Both the position numbers and the translations under genes were made by a program. 64,000 bases of DNA from Fervidicoccaceae archaeon (lineage in GTDB: Archaea > Thermoproteota > Thermoprotei_A > Sulfolobales > Fervidicoccaceae), in NCBI GenBank assembly GCA_038734945.1, contig JAVYOA010000009.1:372001-436000 (forward strand), given 5' to 3'. This document shows positions 60,740 to 64,000 of the stretch, piece after piece. A model generated the notes under the pieces. It saw nothing but the letters and a program-made list of their open reading frames with translations. It was not told where the DNA came from and did no database searches. Each line of letters starts with the position of its first letter. Position 1 is the first letter of the stretch.

Positions 60740-62779
60740 ATGGAAATCATGAAACTTCTAGAAAACGAGAAAGAGTCCCCCAAGCTATCCGAAGAAAACG
60801 TCAACAAGTGCTATTTAGGATTAGATTTGTTCAAATATGAGGAAGGAAGAAGGACCTTCTCGATTGTATTGCTTTGCAATGGGAAAGTAGTTGCAAAGTA
60901 CGATGATGTAGGACTGGAAAAGGTTGTGAGACTAAGCTGGGAATGGAACGTTTCAAAAATTGCGATAGATAGTATTACAGAATTAGGCGAAGGAAAGACA
61001 GAAATTGGAAGGTTTGTTTCTCTTCTTCCTGAAAAGACAGAGATCTTTCAGATAAATTTATCAGACAATCAGGAAAGGGATCTAAGGGAAATGCTCCGCA
61101 GCCAAGGGTTCTCTACTGGACAGCTCACCCCATCGAAAACAGCATATTATCTAGCCCTTCTGGCTTCATATGGATTTGGGAAGGAGGCTGTAAAGAAGGA
61201 AGTCACGACAAAAATAATTGTCAGAAAGAACAGAAACCTTGGTCCAGGTGGAATGAGTAGCAACAGATACAGAAGAAAAGTCAGAACAGCAATACTTCAA
61301 ATAGTCAATTCAATAAAAGATCTGCTAGATAGTGGAGGCTTCGATTACGATCTGCTTTATAGAAAGTCTGGCGGCGGATTGGATGGAGCAACTTTTACAG
61401 TTTTTGCCTCAAGAGAGTCCCTCGAGAGTCTAATCAAGCCTAAAACAGGAACAAGCGTTAGCATAGAGATAAGGCCAGAGTACAAGATCAAGCTCTCTTT
61501 TGAAGAAAGCCCGATGGAAAGCAAGCCTTTAATTGTTGGAATAGATCCTGGAATGACATATGGCATCGCAATTCTTGACATTGATGGAAAGATAATCTAT
61601 GCAGGATCATGGCACAAAATGAGCAGACTTGACGCAGTAGAATTCATAGAGAAATATGGAAAACCAATAGTTGTTGCAACCGATGTATTTCCTGTTCCCA
61701 ACAGTGTTAAGAAGATAGCATCACAGTTTGGATCAGAAATATTTGTTCCAGAAAAAATTCTCAGCGTAGAAGAAAAAAGAACCATGGTGGAAGAAGCTAG
61801 AAAAATTGGAGAAATAGAGAACGTCGATGCACACACAAGGGATGCTCTGGCCGCAGCTTATGCTGCCTATAAGGCTCTATCGAGAAAACTAGCTGAAGTA
61901 AATACATATCTTCAAAAAACAGGGTTGAACCTACCCGCTGATAGAATAAAGAGAAGAATTATTGAGGGTGCTTCTTTAGCAGATGCTGTCGAGGCGGAAC
62001 TAAGAACGTATTTGAGCTCAGTAAACAAGACCATAAGATTGATTTCGTATCCAGAAACTAAAAGAGGAGAACAAAAGGAGAGAAAGGAAATTGAATCAAT
62101 GGAAGTCATACGAAAGGAAAACTTTCTCCTGAGAAAAAAGATCGAGGAGTTGGAGAATGAGCTTGAAAGAAGAGAAAAAGAGCTGTCTCTATACAAAAAA
62201 GGCGTCCTTCAGCTGAGCAAGGAGGATTACTATGCTAGAGAGATACATAGGCTCAGAGAATCCATAGCAGAGATGGAAAAGGCTCTGAAAAAAAGAGAAT
62301 CTGAACTGGAATCAAAGCTTGAAGAGATTAATAGGATAAGCTCCATGCTGAATAGAGTAATAAATGGAGAGATGGTCATCGTTCCAACAATTTCCAGTCT
62401 AACCAAAGCTAATTTAGGAGCTCTGAAAAGCATAAGGAAAAAAATAATCTACGTAGAAAATCCGGATTCCTATCAGAGAGATGCAATAATTGACCTCGTT
62501 AAGGAAGATCCTCTAGCTGTGGCAATACCCGGACCACTATCTGATAGAGGATTGATATCTATTCTCGAGAGCTTCGGGATTCCCGTTCTAAGTTTGTCCG
62601 ATTTCGAATCTTCAAGATTCAATAACATCATCTTCATGAGCTCAGAGGCAGAGAAAGAGGCTATAAAAAGGAAGGAAGAGCTGAGAAAAGCTATCAGGAG
62701 TGAAGAAAAAGAGAAAATAATATCGCTTATTGAGAAGTACAAAGAAGAGAGAGCTAAAACCTCTTCCCTCAAAAAATAA
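60740..62779 (+). CDS. DUF460 family protein (RNase H-like domains plus coiled coil)
   Basis: GPGGMSSNRYRR, IVGIDPG, VATDV, HTRDALAAA. Confidence 0.9.
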   Translation: MEIMKLLENEKESPKLSEENVNKCYLGLDLFKYEEGRRTFSIVLLCNGKVVAKYDDVGLEKVVRLSWEWNVSKIAIDSITELGEGKTEIGRFVSLLPEKTEIFQINLSDNQERDLREMLRSQGFSTGQLTPSKTAYYLALLASYGFGKEAVKKEVTTKIIVRKNRNLGPGGMSSNRYRRKVRTAILQIVNSIKDLLDSGGFDYDLLYRKSGGGLDGATFTVFASRESLESLIKPKTGTSVSIEIRPEYKIKLSFEESPMESKPLIVGIDPGMTYGIAILDIDGKIIYAGSWHKMSRLDAVEFIEKYGKPIVVATDVFPVPNSVKKIASQFGSEIFVPEKILSVEEKRTMVEEARKIGEIENVDAHTRDALAAAYAAYKALSRKLAEVNTYLQKTGLNLPADRIKRRIIEGASLADAVEAELRTYLSSVNKTIRLISYPETKRGEQKERKEIESMEVIRKENFLLRKKIEELENELERREKELSLYKKGVLQLSKEDYYAREIHRLRESIAEMEKALKKRESELESKLEEINRISSMLNRVINGEMVIVPTISSLTKANLGALKSIRKKIIYVENPDSYQRDAIIDLVKEDPLAVAIPGPLSDRGLISILESFGIPVLSLSDFESSRFNNIIFMSSEAEKEAIKRKEELRKAIRSEEKEKIISLIEKYKEERAKTSSLKK

Positions 62780-62781
62780 CC

Positions 62782-63996
62782 TTAGAAGAGGGTAATTTTT
62801 CTATTGAGGATCAATTCCGTGTATCTCCTGATGTTCGAGAGCTCTTCATCGACAATAGATTTAGCTGTTTCCCTCATATCACTTGTTATGTTGCCCCTTA
62901 TAGGGGTGAGTTTTATTGATGCTGCCAGCGGTTCATCGATGGGCCTTCCTATCTGAGATAATATTTGTATGCTCACATGAATTTCCGATTCTAGTTCTTC
63001 ATAGATTCTCCTGCTTGCCACAAATGCGAGCACATTATAAATCTTTCCAACATGGTTGATCGGGTTCTTCCCTGCCGTTGCTTCAAGGCTCATGGGCCTC
63101 ATTGGTGTTATGAGGCCATTGGCCCTGTTTCCCCTTCCAGTGGCGCCATCATCTCCGTGCTCCGCGCTGGTACCTGTAACAGTCAGATAAAACTTTCCCT
63201 TCTCTGGAAGATCCCCTGTATTGAAGTGTATTCTCACATTGAATGCTGGTGCCAATTCAGAGGAGAGAGCCTCTACTTCCTCTTTAACTTTCCTCTTAAC
63301 TTCTAGGTATTCATCTGGAGACTTAACCAGACTGCTTATAATAGCTCCAGCAATCGTTAAATCTATCTCGTTCTTTCTTCTGAGACCCATTACTTTTATA
63401 TCTTCACCAAGTTCAGGGATTTTTCTCTTTGCTTCTTTACTGTTCAGATACCTTTCAGTATTTAGAACCAAATTTTCCAATGTAGTGAGAGGATAGAATC
63501 CAACGCCGAAGCTAGTATCATTGGACAGTATTTTTTCCTCATAATCAAAAATTCCCCTTAAATCTTCTGAGCCCTTCCCTATCTTGTAGTCGACTATAAC
63601 ATGCTCCTCAGGATTCAGGTATCTCATGTTCTTGGCTATCCAGTTCTTCACAGCCTTCACAATGATTGTTCCTACAGGTATTTCTTCTACCGCTCCCCCC
63701 ACATTTACATAAGTTGTAGCTCTTCCAGAAACAATTATGTATATCGGCTGATTGACTTTTCCTCCTCCAAATTTTGGTGAAGCTTGTCCGCCAACCAACA
63801 GAACTTTGTCAAGATTATGATGTAGGACTCTCCCATAATTTTTTATATAATATTCCGAGAGAGCAAGGCTCGCTTCTTCCGAAGCTGAATCTGCAATGTA
63901 ATCAGGATGTCCAACACCTTTTCTCTCCACAAGCTCTATCTCCATGCTTTCAGGAATTTGCCAGTTTACTTCCTCAACGAATATGTTTCTCATCAT
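62782..63996 (-). CDS. mat: Archaeal S-adenosylmethionine synthetase
   Basis: [53 protein letters not shown]. Confidence 0.97.
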   Translation of the reverse strand: MMRNIFVEEVNWQIPESMEIELVERKGVGHPDYIADSASEEASLALSEYYIKNYGRVLHHNLDKVLLVGGQASPKFGGGKVNQPIYIIVSGRATTYVNVGGAVEEIPVGTIIVKAVKNWIAKNMRYLNPEEHVIVDYKIGKGSEDLRGIFDYEEKILSNDTSFGVGFYPLTTLENLVLNTERYLNSKEAKRKIPELGEDIKVMGLRRKNEIDLTIAGAIISSLVKSPDEYLEVKRKVKEEVEALSSELAPAFNVRIHFNTGDLPEKGKFYLTVTGTSAEHGDDGATGRGNRANGLITPMRPMSLEATAGKNPINHVGKIYNVLAFVASRRIYEELESEIHVSIQILSQIGRPIDEPLAASIKLTPIRGNITSDMRETAKSIVDEELSNIRRYTELILNRKITLF

Positions 63997-64000
63997 GATG

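Overview
A gene-dense chromosomal window from a thermophilic crenarchaeon (Thermoprotei). It encodes CdvA/B/C, PolB3, archaeal SAM synthetase, TBP and Spt4, and many genes start with TTG or GTG; a Desulfurococcales/Fervidicoccales-like organism is my inference. Most of the window is housekeeping: transcription, translation, replication, glycine cleavage, pterin synthesis, sugar-nucleotide metabolism and two incomplete ABC transporters. I saw no CRISPR array, rRNA, transposase, integrase or intein. Highlights: (1) tRNA-Lys(CUU) at 55908-56140 is interrupted at position 30/31 by 156 nt that contain a T-rich terminator-like tract and a second BRE/TATA promoter. It has 12-bp complementary trailer and leader sequences and a bulge-helix-bulge (BHB) motif, so it is a candidate split, trans-spliced tRNA with adjacent halves. 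(2) A membrane-anchored sensor/wHTH regulator is broken by a +1 frameshift at TTT-TTT-CGC. It is followed by three direct repeats with 11-bp period in front of a large secreted protein, a candidate ToxR-like one-component system. (3) A tandem MutS4-type ATPase pair and a split Tm-1-like gene pair flank tRNA-Val(CAC). (4) A TFS/RpoM-like zinc-ribbon gene has no canonical start codon upstream of its first CxxC, and ACG is the apparent start. (5) A gcvP-mptE-PTPS-mptA-DUF1464 operon is followed by a structured intergenic region with a C/D-box sRNA candidate. Products were assigned by motif recognition only; no database searches were run.
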